Assembly: GCA_965237415.1 (NCBI GenBank)
Contig: CBDEFM010000002.1
Coordinates: 2,112,001-2,176,000, forward strand
DNA length: 64,000 nt
From: Alphaproteobacteria bacterium
GTDB lineage: Bacteria; Pseudomonadota; Alphaproteobacteria; UBA828
Direction of reading: 5' to 3'
The notes under the pieces are model-generated. The model had not been told where the DNA came from. It saw nothing but the letters and a program-made list of their open reading frames with translations, and did not search any database. This document shows, piece after piece, positions 30,051 to 40,815 of this stretch. The translations under genes were made by a program, and so were the position numbers. Positions within the stretch are counted from its first letter, which is position 1, and each line of letters opens with the position of its first letter.

Positions 30051-30432
30051 GCCCGCATGAGCCTCGGATTCGAACGCCTGCGCATCGCTGTCTGCGCCGA
30101 GCTGCTCGCCCATTCCAGCTGCGCGGGTGCAGCGGGCCATTTGGATCTCTGCACAAGGGCCACGCAGCGTCAGTTTGCGCCACAGCAGCGCTTGTACTTG
30201 CGCCCGGAAGGTCCAGGCGGCGAGCCTCGCCAAACTCTCGGCTCCCGGTGCTCTCTTCCGTCGGGAGAGCCCGGCAGCCCCGCCTCGACCACCCCCTGAT
30301 GCCGCCACGCGCGTGTCCGGTGACACCGCGCCGAACCCGAACCATCCACCAGCCACCGCGCGGCCACCGCCGTCAGCCAATGACCGCCCATCTGAAGACC
30401 GCACTCGAGAACACGCACCGCTACCCCCCTCG

Positions 30433-30468
30433 TTTGACTCGCGATAACTGTTGTTATCGCGAGTCAAA
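30433..30468 (+). other. lox-like recombination site A
   Basis: TTTGACTCGCGATA-ACTGTTGT-TATCGCGAGTCAAA (14-8-14). Confidence 0.85.
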
Positions 30469-30504
30469 CTCCGGGCCGTATTCCACGGACCTGGAGGCTT
30501 CCCC

Positions 30505-31476
30505 ATGCTTGTCGACACCCTGAACCGCCCGCCGCAGGCGAGTGGCGGCCACACTTGCCGGGACCCGTTCGACGCCTGCGCCTGCGCCGCGCGCGGGGCG
30601 CTGAGTGCCAACACCGAGCGGGCCGTGCGCTCAGACCTCGCCATCTACGCCGCCTGGTGCAGGGAACGCGGGGTGCCGGCGCTGCCCGCGAGCGCCGAGA
30701 CCATCGCCGCGTTCGTCGACGCCAGGGCGAAGCTCCGTGCCCCCGCGACGGTGCGCCGCTACGTGGCGAGCATCGCGGCTGCGCACCGGGCGCTGGGGTC
30801 GGGAAAGACGGCGAGAAGCGAGCCGGTGCGACGGGCGCTGCAGCGCATGCACCGGCGAAAGGGACGGCGTCAGGCGCAGGCCAAGGGGCTCACCGGGGCG
30901 CTGCGCCAGCGCCTTCTCGACGCCACGAGCGATGGCCTCATCGACGCGCGCAACCGCGCGCTGCTCGCCGTCGCCTACGACACGCTGCTGCGCCGCGGCG
31001 AGCTCGTCGCGCTGCAAGTGACGGATATCGTTGAGGAAGTGGACGGCGCGGCGACGGTGCTGGTGCGCCGCGCCAAGGCCGACCCCGAAGGCCGCGGCGC
31101 GACGGTGTACCTGGCGCGCGACAGCGTGGCGCTGGTGCGCGAGTGGCTGGAGCGAAGCGGGGTTATCGAAGGCAGGCTCTTCCGCTCGCTGTGCCGGGGC
31201 GCGGTCGGCAAGGGGCTCGACGCGAGCCAGGTCCCGCGCATCTTCAAGGCCATGGCCGAGCGCGCCGGATTGCCTGGCGAGGTCGTCGAGCGCATCTCCG
31301 GGCACAGCACGCGGGTCGGGGCGGCGCAGGACATGGTCGCAGGCGGCATCGGCATGGCGGCCATCCTGCACGCAGGAAGGTGGAAGACGTCGGCGATGGT
31401 CAACCGCTACGGCGAGCGGCTGCTGGCGCGGCGAAGCGGCGCCGCGCAGCTCGCCCGTCTGCAGCATCGCGAGTAG
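30505..31476 (+). CDS. Cre-like tyrosine recombinase
   Basis: SAM-like N domain; LLRRGEL, KAD, SGHSTRVGAAQDM, GRWK...MVNRY (Cre-type Trp/Tyr); GGAGG RBS. Confidence 0.9.
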   Translation: MLVDTLNRPPQASGGHTCRDPFDACACAARGALSANTERAVRSDLAIYAAWCRERGVPALPASAETIAAFVDARAKLRAPATVRRYVASIAAAHRALGSGKTARSEPVRRALQRMHRRKGRRQAQAKGLTGALRQRLLDATSDGLIDARNRALLAVAYDTLLRRGELVALQVTDIVEEVDGAATVLVRRAKADPEGRGATVYLARDSVALVREWLERSGVIEGRLFRSLCRGAVGKGLDASQVPRIFKAMAERAGLPGEVVERISGHSTRVGAAQDMVAGGIGMAAILHAGRWKTSAMVNRYGERLLARRSGAAQLARLQHRE

Positions 31477-31577
31477 GTGCGCGGTGGTGTATCATTCGGC
31501 GTATCCTCGGCTGGCGGCTGGCGCCTGCCGCCGTCCGACCGCCGCGAATCGCTCCAGAGGGCGGATTTCCCGAAAAT

Positions 31578-31593
31578 GTTATCGCGAGTCAAA
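31578..31593 (+). other. lox-like half site
   Basis: GTTATCGCGAGTCAAA, identical to the right arm of sites A/B; left arm absent. Confidence 0.7.
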
Positions 31594-31777
31594 ATCGCCG
31601 ACCCGGCGCATGGCCGGCATCGGGCGTCGGATGCGCGGGCAACGCGCACCGCGCGCCTGGAAAGACGAAAGCTGTCTTGCAATCAACAGCTTGCAGCATG
31701 TTGCGGAACGCTCTACGGTTGCCGGGTCGCGACTGGGCGGCTTCCGGGTCGCCCGTCGAAAACGGCGAACTTGACAG

Positions 31778-31813
31778 TTTGACTCGCGATAACAACAGTT
31801 ATCGCGAGTCAAA
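31778..31813 (-). other. lox-like recombination site B (inverted relative to A)
   Basis: TTTGACTCGCGATA-ACAACAGT-TATCGCGAGTCAAA; exact reverse complement of site A. Confidence 0.85.
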
Positions 31814-32597
31814 TGCCCCCGCGGGCGCCGTGCCTCCACGGCCTGAGAATCGATCCAACCGGCTGATTTCGTGTGCGTTTCTCGACCCGGAGCGGCCGCT
31901 CCGGCCCGCGCGGCGCACGCACCGCCTCCTGCGCCTTCCCAGGAAGCCCGTCCGCCGCCGATCTGCCCTTGCAGGCACGCCCTTTCGGTCCGCGGCCCGC
32001 ACGGCGCGCGGCGCCCGAACCAGGGCCGCGCCGACGCCACGCACCCGCACGCTTCAGGGCCGGGCGTTGAGCTCCAGGCCGCGCCCTGCCGGGCACCGAC
32101 CGGCGTGATGGGACCAATCCAGGATGAACGGGGGAGGTGAGCACCGGGGGCCGCGCGTGCCACGAGTAGTTGGCCGCGCTTGGCGACGATGCCTGCGGAT
32201 CTGCCGGGGAAGCGCGCGAGTGCCGGCTGCATGTTCTCCATCGATCCATATCGGGCAGAAGCCCCGTCCACCGGACCGCTCCTGAACGTTTGACTGTCGC
32301 CCGCACGCGTCGTTCGGCGGGTGTTTCTGGAGCCGAGGCGACACCAGACACGCAGAGCGCGCCGCATGCAGAACCGCATTCAATTCATTAGGGACACTCG
32401 GGCACTTTGAAAAATGCCCACCGCAACAATCTTCATGCCGGAGCGACATGAGGACGTGCCCATCCGCATCGATACCGACCAGCGGCGTCTCCGACCCGCT
32501 TGTCACGGAAGAGACCACCGTCCGCCGCTCCCGGTGCGCAGCCTTTCTGTTATAAGCTCATGAACCGACGGTTCCCCTCACCACCGGAGGCAGGTTC

Positions 32598-32888
32598 ATG
32601 GCCGACAGTTCCGCGACCAGGATCGACGAACGCGCCCTGACGAAGGGTCAGCGTCGCAAGCTCAATGCCTTGAGGAAGTCGGTGGGAGACGAGATCGGTG
32701 CGCAGGCCTTCGCCGCCTGGCTCTCCTCGCAATCGGCGTCAGCGGCGGGCCCGACGGACGAGAACGCCACGCTGATCGTCGACACTCTTTGGCCTCTCGT
32801 GCAGCAAGGCACTCTGGCGATCCCGCGCGGCGGCTACCTGCTCAGACGCGGACGCGGACGCATCATCGTCGAGCGCGCAAGCTCATAG
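32598..32888 (+). CDS. Conserved small hypothetical protein (paralog of 10866-11150)
   Basis: GGAGG RBS; strong similarity to 10866-11150. Confidence 0.75.
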   Translation: MADSSATRIDERALTKGQRRKLNALRKSVGDEIGAQAFAAWLSSQSASAAGPTDENATLIVDTLWPLVQQGTLAIPRGGYLLRRGRGRIIVERASS

Positions 32889-33399
32889 AGCGTCCCACAA
32901 CGGCGCCGGCTTCATGACGGCCGCCGCCTCTCAAGCTCCGTCGGATGCGCGCTCTTTCCGGTGTCTGAGATCGACGGGACAAGAGCACCGCACCCCCGTC
33001 CATCTCGCTGGGGACCGAGCCGGAGAATCTCACCGCGCCGGTCGCAGCTGCTCACTCAGCCGACAGTCGCCATCCCTTCATGGCGCGCCACGCCGCCGCA
33101 GTGCTCCAGAGTACGGCGGCCGACAAGTGCCTCCCGTTCCTTCGCGTCTCCCCACCTCGACGCCTCGCAGCGACGCTGCTGCCAAGAGCCGTCGGACACG
33201 CGCGCGACTTCGATTCGCTGTGTTTGCCAATAGTTTTCCGAACGTGGACACGTCCGGGCACGGCAAATCTACGCTCCCCCGAATCACGCCCATTCCGCGC
33301 GGCCCAATCCATCACCTGCTCGGCCAGCTAACCGCTGACCGTCAGGTTACGCATCAGAGAGCACTTGTAACCCACTCATATCCTCCGCACGACATAGCC

Positions 33400-33560
33400 G
33401 CATCTTGCCACTTCGCGGACTCCGGCCTTGACGCACGGCGTGCATTCGGGTTGTGAAGGTTCTGAATGCCGCGATGGTGACGGTTTCCTCGCGCGCAAGA
33501 GCGTCGGTGATGGCCGATAACAGGGCAGCGGCCACGATATCGGCCGTGGCCGAGACGCCG
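33400..33560 (-). pseudogene. HU remnant
   Basis: ITDALAREETVTIAAFRTFTTR..AVRQGRSPRSG, a degenerate HU motif. Confidence 0.6.
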
Positions 33561-33603
33561 GCCGGGCGCAACGGCGGAATGGTGAGACGGAGCGGGGTAT
33601 ACC

Positions 33604-34782
33604 TCAGTATGTGTCGGGCTCTCCCATCTCGGCCAGTGCCTCGGCGGCCTCGGTGTCGCCCCGCGCGGCGGCCTGGCCGAACCAGTACCGGGCGAGCGCA
33701 AGGTCCTTGGGCACACCCTCTCCATACCGGTAGGTGATGCCGAGGTCGTACTCGGCGTCGGCGAGTCCGCTCTTCACCGCGCGGTCCAGCCACGCGTTCG
33801 CCTTGTCGATGTCCCGGGGCACGCCCTCGCCGTTGAAGTAGTAGATGGCGGTGATGCGCTGCTCGGTCTCGTCGCCCTGCTTCGCCGCCTCTTCGGACCA
33901 GTACGCCGCCTTCTTCAGGTCTTTGGGGTAACCGGGCGCACCCTCGTCGTACACGCCCGCGAGCTCACTCTGCGCGGTCGGGTTCCCCCGTCTCGCCGCG
34001 CGCTCCAGCAGGTCGAGCTCCCTGGCTCCGGGGATGTAGCGGTCGCTTCTCCCGAGCTGGTACTGCGCGTCTGCATTACCTTCTTTCGCCAAGGTCCGCG
34101 TGTGTCCGATCGCCTTCTCGAGACAGGGTGCGAGCGTGCGGTTATCGCAGCGCACCCCGATCACGCCCGCGAGGAACTCGCGCACGGTTCCGGGCGGAAT
34201 GACGCCGGCCATGTTCGCGGTCGATGTCTTCTGGATGCCGACGATATCGTCGTTCGGCGCGAGCACCGCGCCTCCGCTGAATCCGGCCTCGACCATGCGT
34301 TCCATCGGCAGCCGGTAGCTTGCCCTGGTGACGGAGTTCATCTCTTGCGTGGCGCGCAGCGTCGCGAACCGTTCTTTCGGATACCCCACCATGTGGAGCT
34401 GGTCGGCGCGCCCGAGCGGGACGGTGCGCGCGATGCGCAGGTGGCGCGGCATCGATTGCGCCGTCTCGAGCAGGGCGAGATCGTAGGTGGCGGAGATCGC
34501 GATGGGCCCGACGATGTCGACGGTCTCCTGCCCGCGGGCGCGGGTGAGCACGAGGGAAGTGCTGTCCTTGCGCACGAATTCGTAGAGGACATGGGCGTTG
34601 GTGAGTGCGTGCTTCGCCCCGACTGCGACCGCTGTCGCCTGGTTGCGCCGCTTCGTGTCGATGATCTTCCAGACCGCCTGATGGGCGGGATTGTCGGATG
34701 CGTCTTGCGCGGGCTGTGCCGCCGCTACCGTACCCACCGCGATTCCGAGCAGCAGTGCGACCGCGCCTGCAATCCGCTTCAC
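33604..34782 (-). CDS. Secreted trypsin-like serine protease with Sel1 repeats
   Basis: Signal peptide; TNAHV, DLALL, GFSGG triad; Sel1 repeats (AQYQLG, GEGVPRD, GEGVPKD). Confidence 0.88.
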   Translation of the reverse strand: MKRIAGAVALLLGIAVGTVAAAQPAQDASDNPAHQAVWKIIDTKRRNQATAVAVGAKHALTNAHVLYEFVRKDSTSLVLTRARGQETVDIVGPIAISATYDLALLETAQSMPRHLRIARTVPLGRADQLHMVGYPKERFATLRATQEMNSVTRASYRLPMERMVEAGFSGGAVLAPNDDIVGIQKTSTANMAGVIPPGTVREFLAGVIGVRCDNRTLAPCLEKAIGHTRTLAKEGNADAQYQLGRSDRYIPGARELDLLERAARRGNPTAQSELAGVYDEGAPGYPKDLKKAAYWSEEAAKQGDETEQRITAIYYFNGEGVPRDIDKANAWLDRAVKSGLADAEYDLGITYRYGEGVPKDLALARYWFGQAAARGDTEAAEALAEMGEPDTY

Positions 34783-34984
34783 CGGCCGTCCTCCCGTCCT
34801 GGTGCCCCGTGTTCGACTCTACAACCCATCCGTCTCGACACGACAAGTTCCTGCCTGCGGGTCGTTCCGGTCATGCATCCGTCCTCGCTCCCGAACGACC
34901 CATGGCCCTGGCGTCACCACCGCCGCGTGGTCCGGCGTGGAGGAGCGAGACGCGATTCGCGCCGGCCGGTGTGTGCGTAATGCT

Positions 34985-35472
34985 CCAGCGATACCCGTCA
35001 CGGGAAAGCGCTCGAACAGGCCGTCACGAACCATCCGGTTGCCGCCGCACTCCTCGTCGCCCGTCTCTTCTGCCGGCTGGAAGATGAAGCGGACGGTGCC
35101 GTCGAAGCGCCTATTCCGCGACAGGTACCTGGCGGCGCCGAGGAGCATGGTCGAGTGCCCGTCGTGGCCGCAGGCGTGCATCTTGCCGTCGTTCCGGGAA
35201 CGATGCGCGAAGTCGTTCTCCTCCTGCAGAAGCAGCGCGTCCATGTCGGCCCGGAGAGCGATGGCCCTCCCGCTGGTACCGCGTGTCAGCGTCGCCACCA
35301 CGCCCGTGCCGGCGAGGCCCCGGTGCACGTCGAGCCCGAAGCCCGACAGCTTCTCGGCGATGAAATCCGAAGTGCGATGTTCCTCGAAGGCAGTCTCGGG
35401 ATGCTCGTGCAGGTCGCGCCGCCACGCCGTCAGCTCCTCGTGCATCTCTCCAATGTCACGCATCAGATCCAT
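34985..35472 (-). pseudogene. M20D amidohydrolase (hippurate hydrolase-like), 3'-truncated
   Basis: RRDLHEHPE, LRADMDAL, HACGHDGH, FQPAEE; homology ends at FERFP. Confidence 0.85.
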
Positions 35473-35710
35473 GATGGGGTGCCCTCCGAGCCATTCTTCC
35501 GCGCATGATCCGACACCAGTGGCGAGCGGACACCGCAGCCGGCACAACCCTATCCACTATCGCCGAGCATGTATCGTACATTACAGAATAATTAATATTG
35601 GCCACACATGTAACGTTCGAGTACATTGACGATGTCGGTCGCCTGAGACCCTGGGGTCGGACTGGACGGGCCGTCGAAACAGGGACCAATAACCAATAGG
35701 GAGGAGCGTC

Positions 35711-36979
35711 ATGCTGAGCATCGGCATAGGAAAGCGCGTCCTGCGCGGAGCGAGGCTGGGTGGCATGGCCGCTCTAGCGCTCGCAATCGCCTCCGGCTTT
35801 TCGATCGGCGAGGCATCTGCCGAAGACAAGCTGGTGAAGATCGGCGTTCTCGCCGCCTTGACCGGCCCTGGTGCCGCAGATGGCGAGGAGACGGTACGCG
35901 GCGCCACAATGGCGTTGGAGGAGTTCCAGGCTGCCGGCGGCATGCCGGGCTACACCTTCGAAATTGAGGTCTCGGACATACGCGATCAGACGTCGGACGC
36001 GGTGATGAGCGGCGTCGAGCGCCTGATGAACGACGACGCGGTCGATTTCATCATGACCGGCTATGCCAGCCTCTCGAACTTCGAGATCGAGTTCATGCGC
36101 GAGGAGGAGATGCCCTACTTCGTCGCGGCCAACTCGCAGCAGACCCGGGAGATCGTGAGCAAGGACCCGGACGCCTACTGGATGGTCTGGTCGCTGACCC
36201 CGTCATACGACGCCTACGAGACCGAGATGCTTCCGGTGGTGGAGGGACTTGCCGCCGGCGGCAAGATCGAGCTCAAGAACAAGAAGCTCGCCATCATCTC
36301 GTCCGACAACGCCTATTCCAAGACGATCTACAACGGGTTGAAAAAGAGCTTCTCCGGCGCCGGCTGGGAGATCGTCGTCGACGAGGTGATTCCGAGCGGC
36401 GAAGTCAACGACTGGCGGGCGTTTCTCGCTAAGGTCCGGCAGGACCCGCCTGACCTCGTGGTCAACACGGATTGGGTGCCGGCCAACGCGTCTACGTTCA
36501 TCACGCAGTTCCTCGAGGACCCGACCGACAGTCTGGTGTTCATCCAGTACGGACCGTCTGTGCCGGAGTTCCTCGACCTGACCAAGGACAAGGCCAATGG
36601 CGTCATCTACAACCTGCTCGGCGGCCATGTTCCCACCATTCCCCGCACCAAGGAGGTGATGGCGAAATACGAGGAGCGCTGGGGCTCGGCCCCCGGTCCC
36701 TATGGGGTTGCTCTCTACGAGATGATGCAGCTCTACCTGGAGGCCGTGCAGAAGGCGGGCGATCCGACCGATCGCCGGGCAATGGCGCAAGCGATTTCAG
36801 AGACGGACAAGCTCGTCTCGGAGGGCCGGCTGGCGTTCGATCCGGCCACCCATCTCGCGCGCCAGGGCAACGACTACATCCCGATCACGTTCTATCAGAT
36901 CTGGGACGGTGAGCGGACGCTGTTCTATCCGGACCAGTGGTCGAACGGCGAGTTCAGGCGCCCGCCCTGGATGCAGTAA
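35711..36979 (+). CDS. Branched-chain amino acid-type ABC substrate-binding protein
   Basis: Signal peptide, VKIGVLAALTGPGA. Confidence 0.88.
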   Translation: MLSIGIGKRVLRGARLGGMAALALAIASGFSIGEASAEDKLVKIGVLAALTGPGAADGEETVRGATMALEEFQAAGGMPGYTFEIEVSDIRDQTSDAVMSGVERLMNDDAVDFIMTGYASLSNFEIEFMREEEMPYFVAANSQQTREIVSKDPDAYWMVWSLTPSYDAYETEMLPVVEGLAAGGKIELKNKKLAIISSDNAYSKTIYNGLKKSFSGAGWEIVVDEVIPSGEVNDWRAFLAKVRQDPPDLVVNTDWVPANASTFITQFLEDPTDSLVFIQYGPSVPEFLDLTKDKANGVIYNLLGGHVPTIPRTKEVMAKYEERWGSAPGPYGVALYEMMQLYLEAVQKAGDPTDRRAMAQAISETDKLVSEGRLAFDPATHLARQGNDYIPITFYQIWDGERTLFYPDQWSNGEFRRPPWMQ

Positions 36980-37053
36980 GCGGTTCCAGTCGTCGCCCGG
37001 CCACCCTGCGCGGTGGCCGGGCGGCGGCCGCATTCTTCCTGTAGTCTTCCGTC

Positions 37054-37794
37054 GTGGATTCGATCCTCGTCGCCGACAGCGTCTCCAAGTCGTTCGGCTC
37101 GCTGCGCGCCGTCGACGACGTGTCGTTCTCGGTCGCGCAGGGCGAAATATTCGGCATTGCCGGCCCCAACGGCAGCGGCAAGAGCACGCTGTTCAACATC
37201 GTCACGTCCATCCCCTTTCCGGCGGATGCCGGTCGCGTCGTCTTTGAGGGGAAAGACATCCAGCGCATGCGCGCCAACAGGATATGCCGATCGGGCTTGG
37301 CCCGTACCTTCCAGAAGGAAACCGCATTCGACACGCTGTCGACGCTCGACAATGTGATCCTCGGCTCGACCTATGGCCGGGGCACGGACGACAGCGCGGA
37401 GAGCCGGAGGCAGGCCAGCGAGACCCTGGAGTTCGTCGGGATCGGCGCGGACCAGTTCGAAAGGCCCGCGGCGGAGCTCTCCGTATTCGACAAGAAGCGC
37501 CTGATGATCGCGTCCGCCATCGTCACGGAGCCGCGCGTGCTCCTGCTCGACGAGCCCGCATCGGGCCTGACCAAGCCGGAGATCGACGAAACGATCGATC
37601 TGATCCGGCGTCTGAACGAGCGCGGCGTTACGCTGCTCGTCATCGAGCATGTGTTGCCGCTGCTGCTGACGGTGTCGGCGCGTCTGCTCGTGCTCAATCA
37701 CGGGAGCGAGCTCGTCACCGGCACGCCCGACGACGTCATCCGGGATCCCCTTGTCGTGGAAGCCTATCTTGGGTCCCGGGCACGCCATGGGTAA
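37054..37794 (+). CDS. ABC ATP-binding protein (LivG-like)
   Basis: GPNGSGKST, LARTFQ, V.EAYLG. Confidence 0.9.
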   Translation: MDSILVADSVSKSFGSLRAVDDVSFSVAQGEIFGIAGPNGSGKSTLFNIVTSIPFPADAGRVVFEGKDIQRMRANRICRSGLARTFQKETAFDTLSTLDNVILGSTYGRGTDDSAESRRQASETLEFVGIGADQFERPAAELSVFDKKRLMIASAIVTEPRVLLLDEPASGLTKPEIDETIDLIRRLNERGVTLLVIEHVLPLLLTVSARLLVLNHGSELVTGTPDDVIRDPLVVEAYLGSRARHG

Positions 37795-37814
37795 TGGCGA
37801 GGTACCGGCAGCTC

Positions 37815-38534
37815 ATGGCTGAGCCGATCCTCGACGTCCGCGCGCTCTCGGTGGGCTACGGCAAGACCCAGGTCCTCTGGGACATCAGCCTCACGGTGCC
37901 CGAGGATCAGCGGATCGGTCTGTTCGGCCCCAACGGACACGGCAAGACGACCCTGCTGCGTACGATCTCCGGCCTGCTCAGGCCCTGGAGCGGCGAGGTC
38001 CATCTCAGGGGCGAGCGGATCGACAAGGCATTGCCGCGCGCCATCGTCGATCGAGGCGTCGTCCAGGTGCCGCAGGGAAACGTGCTCTTTCCTGAGCTCA
38101 CGGTGGCGGAAAACCTGAGACTGGGCGCCTATTGCCGGCGGGCCCGGCCGCGGTTGGCCGACAATCTGGCGCGGGTCTACGGCTTGTTTCCACGCCTCAA
38201 GGAGCGTCGGCGCCAGCAGGCGAAGACCCTTTCCGGCGGCGAACGCCAGATGCTCGCGATCGGCGCGGGCCTCATGGGCGAGCCGACGATGCTCATGCTG
38301 GACGAGCCGACACTCGGCCTCGCGCCGAAGCTGAAGGACGAGTTGTTGCAGGCAATCGCGGAAATCTCGCGCTCGGGCGTGCCGTTGATGCTGGTGGAGC
38401 AAGATCTGGAGTTCCTGCTCGCGCTCACGGACCGCCTCTACATGATCAACCACGGCGTGGTCGCGCTCGACCTCGACGCCAGCGAAGGGTTCGATCACGA
38501 CCAGATCATTCAGATGTATTTCGGCAAGGAGTGA
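37815..38534 (+). CDS. ABC ATP-binding protein (LivF-like)
   Basis: GPNGHGKT, FPRLKER, LSGGERQML. Confidence 0.9.
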   Translation: MAEPILDVRALSVGYGKTQVLWDISLTVPEDQRIGLFGPNGHGKTTLLRTISGLLRPWSGEVHLRGERIDKALPRAIVDRGVVQVPQGNVLFPELTVAENLRLGAYCRRARPRLADNLARVYGLFPRLKERRRQQAKTLSGGERQMLAIGAGLMGEPTMLMLDEPTLGLAPKLKDELLQAIAEISRSGVPLMLVEQDLEFLLALTDRLYMINHGVVALDLDASEGFDHDQIIQMYFGKE

Positions 38535-38537
38535 CGC

Positions 38538-39413
38538 GTGGACATTGGCACCGCGCAATCGGTCCTGCTGAGCGGCATCGTCCTCGGCTCGCTCTACGCC
38601 CTGATGGCGACCGGCCTCTCCCTCATCTGGACCACGCTCGGCATCTTCAACTTCGCCCACGGCGTGTTCATGACGATCGGCGCTTTCGTCGCCTGGCAGA
38701 TCGGCGCCGACCTGGGCTGGGGTATGGGGCCGGCGGCAGGCATCGCCGTCGCCATTGCCGCCCTGATCGGCCTGGGCTGCCTCTCGGAGTTCATTCTGGT
38801 CCGCCCGTTCCTGCGCCGGCCCGATGTGGTCCTCGTTGCGGTGATGACGACGCTGAGTGCCGCCATCTTCCTGGAGAACTCGGCTCTCCTGGTATGGGGT
38901 GGGCGTTACAAGCAGCTTCCTCCCCTGATCGAGGGCAAGGTGGGCATGCTGTCGACAGCGATCTCGACCCACGAGGTGCTGATCATTGCGGTGGCGCCGC
39001 TTACCTTGTTCGCGCTCTGGGCCTTCCTCAAGTTCACGCGCACCGGTTCTGCGATCCGCGCCGTTGCGCAGAACCGGGAATCGGCGCTCCTCATGGGCAT
39101 GAACGTGCCGCTGCTCTACAGCTTGGCGTTCGGGCTCTCGGCGGCGCTCGCCGGCTTTGCCGGCATACTGCTCGGCTCCATCCGCTTCATCACGCCGGGG
39201 CTCGGAAACGAGCCGCTGGTGAAGGCGCTGATCGTCGCCATCTTCGGCGGTCTCGGCAGCCTCGGCGGCACCATCGGCGCGGCCTACGTCATCGGCCTGA
39301 TGGAAGCAATCAGCATGTTCTTCATCGGGCTCTACTGGACGCCTGCGGTCCTTTTCGGCGTGATGATCCTGGTGCTGCTGGGCCGGCCGACCGGCCTGTT
39401 CGGCAAGCGGTAG
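38538..39413 (+). CDS. ABC permease (LivH-like)
   Basis: YALMATGLSL, NFAHG, GGLGS. Confidence 0.9.
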   Translation: MDIGTAQSVLLSGIVLGSLYALMATGLSLIWTTLGIFNFAHGVFMTIGAFVAWQIGADLGWGMGPAAGIAVAIAALIGLGCLSEFILVRPFLRRPDVVLVAVMTTLSAAIFLENSALLVWGGRYKQLPPLIEGKVGMLSTAISTHEVLIIAVAPLTLFALWAFLKFTRTGSAIRAVAQNRESALLMGMNVPLLYSLAFGLSAALAGFAGILLGSIRFITPGLGNEPLVKALIVAIFGGLGSLGGTIGAAYVIGLMEAISMFFIGLYWTPAVLFGVMILVLLGRPTGLFGKR

Positions 39414-39419
39414 GGCGCG

Positions 39420-40415
39420 ATGCGTGAGTTGCTCACCGGGCCGAACCTGGCGAGGCTGATCTGCCTCCTCATCCTGATCCTGCTACCGCTCGTCATCCCT
39501 TCACCTTATATCCGCCACCTGCTGATCATCGCCTTCATCTACGCGATTGTCGCGTCGAATTGGGATCTGAGTCTGGGATATGCCGGCGTGTTCAACTTCG
39601 GCCACATCGCCTTCTTTGCGGCCGGCGTCTATGGCTCGGCGATCATGTCGAAGACGATCGGCATCACGCCCTGGCTAACGATTCCCCTTGCGGGGGTGGT
39701 CGGCGTCATCGCTGCGCTGATCGTCTGCCTGCCGGTGCTGCGGCTGAAGGGCATCTACGTCGTGCTGGTCACCTTCGCCTTCAGCCAACTCTGCTTTCAG
39801 CTTGTCCTGAGCCAGGAGGAGATCACTGGCGGTTCCATGGGCATGCCGCTGCTGCCGCCGCTCAAGATCGGGGACTACAATTTCGCCCGCGACGGCAAGT
39901 TCGGCTACTACTACGTCGGACTGTTCCTGCTTGTCCTCTCCACCATCTACCTCCACCGTCTGGTCCATTCGCGCTTCGGCACGAGCATCATCGCTCTGCG
40001 TGACAACGAGGACTATGCGATCAGCCGAGGCATCTCACTGGCACGCCAGCGCATGCTCACGCTAGGCCTGAGCGCATTCTTCACTGGCGTCGCAGGGGGC
40101 TTCTATTCGACATACGTGCGGGTCGCCTCGCCGGAAATTTTCGGGTTCGGCTTCCTGTCTCTGGCGCTCTCGATGCTGCTGTTAGGCGGGCTCAACAGCA
40201 TCTATGGACCAATTCTCGGCGCCTTCGTGATCACGCTTCTGTCGGAAGCGATGGTCGACCTTGGGCCGATGCGCTTCCTCATCATCTCGGCACTCATCAT
40301 CCTGATGCTGCTGTTCTATCCGGGCGGCCTCATCAATGCTCTTCAGCAGACGTCATCTTTGTTTTCAAAGTCCGGTATGGCCGTAAAGTACATTCGAAGG
40401 CTTGTAGGAAGATGA
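39420..40415 (+). CDS. ABC permease (LivM-like)
   Basis: GYAGVFNFGH, LRLKGIY, ALRDNE. Confidence 0.9.
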   Translation: MRELLTGPNLARLICLLILILLPLVIPSPYIRHLLIIAFIYAIVASNWDLSLGYAGVFNFGHIAFFAAGVYGSAIMSKTIGITPWLTIPLAGVVGVIAALIVCLPVLRLKGIYVVLVTFAFSQLCFQLVLSQEEITGGSMGMPLLPPLKIGDYNFARDGKFGYYYVGLFLLVLSTIYLHRLVHSRFGTSIIALRDNEDYAISRGISLARQRMLTLGLSAFFTGVAGGFYSTYVRVASPEIFGFGFLSLALSMLLLGGLNSIYGPILGAFVITLLSEAMVDLGPMRFLIISALIILMLLFYPGGLINALQQTSSLFSKSGMAVKYIRRLVGR

Positions 40416-40815
40416 TGTTCTCTACGTGCGCGACAGGACAAATTACTTCGTGTGGGACTGCCTTTTATGGACGCGTTGGAGGTTCGAACCTTATCGCCGC
40501 CAACCCGCCGAACCTGCCTCTGCGTCTACCACCGTACCCACGTTGCGAACGCTTATTGGATACACACGGTGAAGTCCCCTACGAGATCCGTATACCCCTC
40601 GTCCTCGAAAATACCAGCCGCAGAAAGAGACAATGCGCAGCAGACTTGCACCCGTGCACGATGCAGCCGCCGAAGAGCCTCTCGGCCGACTGACGGTGTC
40701 CTCGCCATATCCTTGGCCACCCGCAGGAGACAGGACCGAGCAGTAAATAGCTTTCCAAATGGACGAGCCGGTGAGGACCGGTCAGGGTAACAAACGAACC
40801 AAGGAGACCGATCAC

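Noticed and set aside
30170-30225. SEC-C-like motif (PSGRKYKRCCG) on the minus strand
   Set aside because: Degenerate (first Cys residues lost) with no credible upstream ORF; only a remnant.
35570-35625. TGTA-N-TACA boxes as RpiR operators (also near 43400)
   Set aside because: Spacing is inconsistent and the region is AT-rich; too weak to call.
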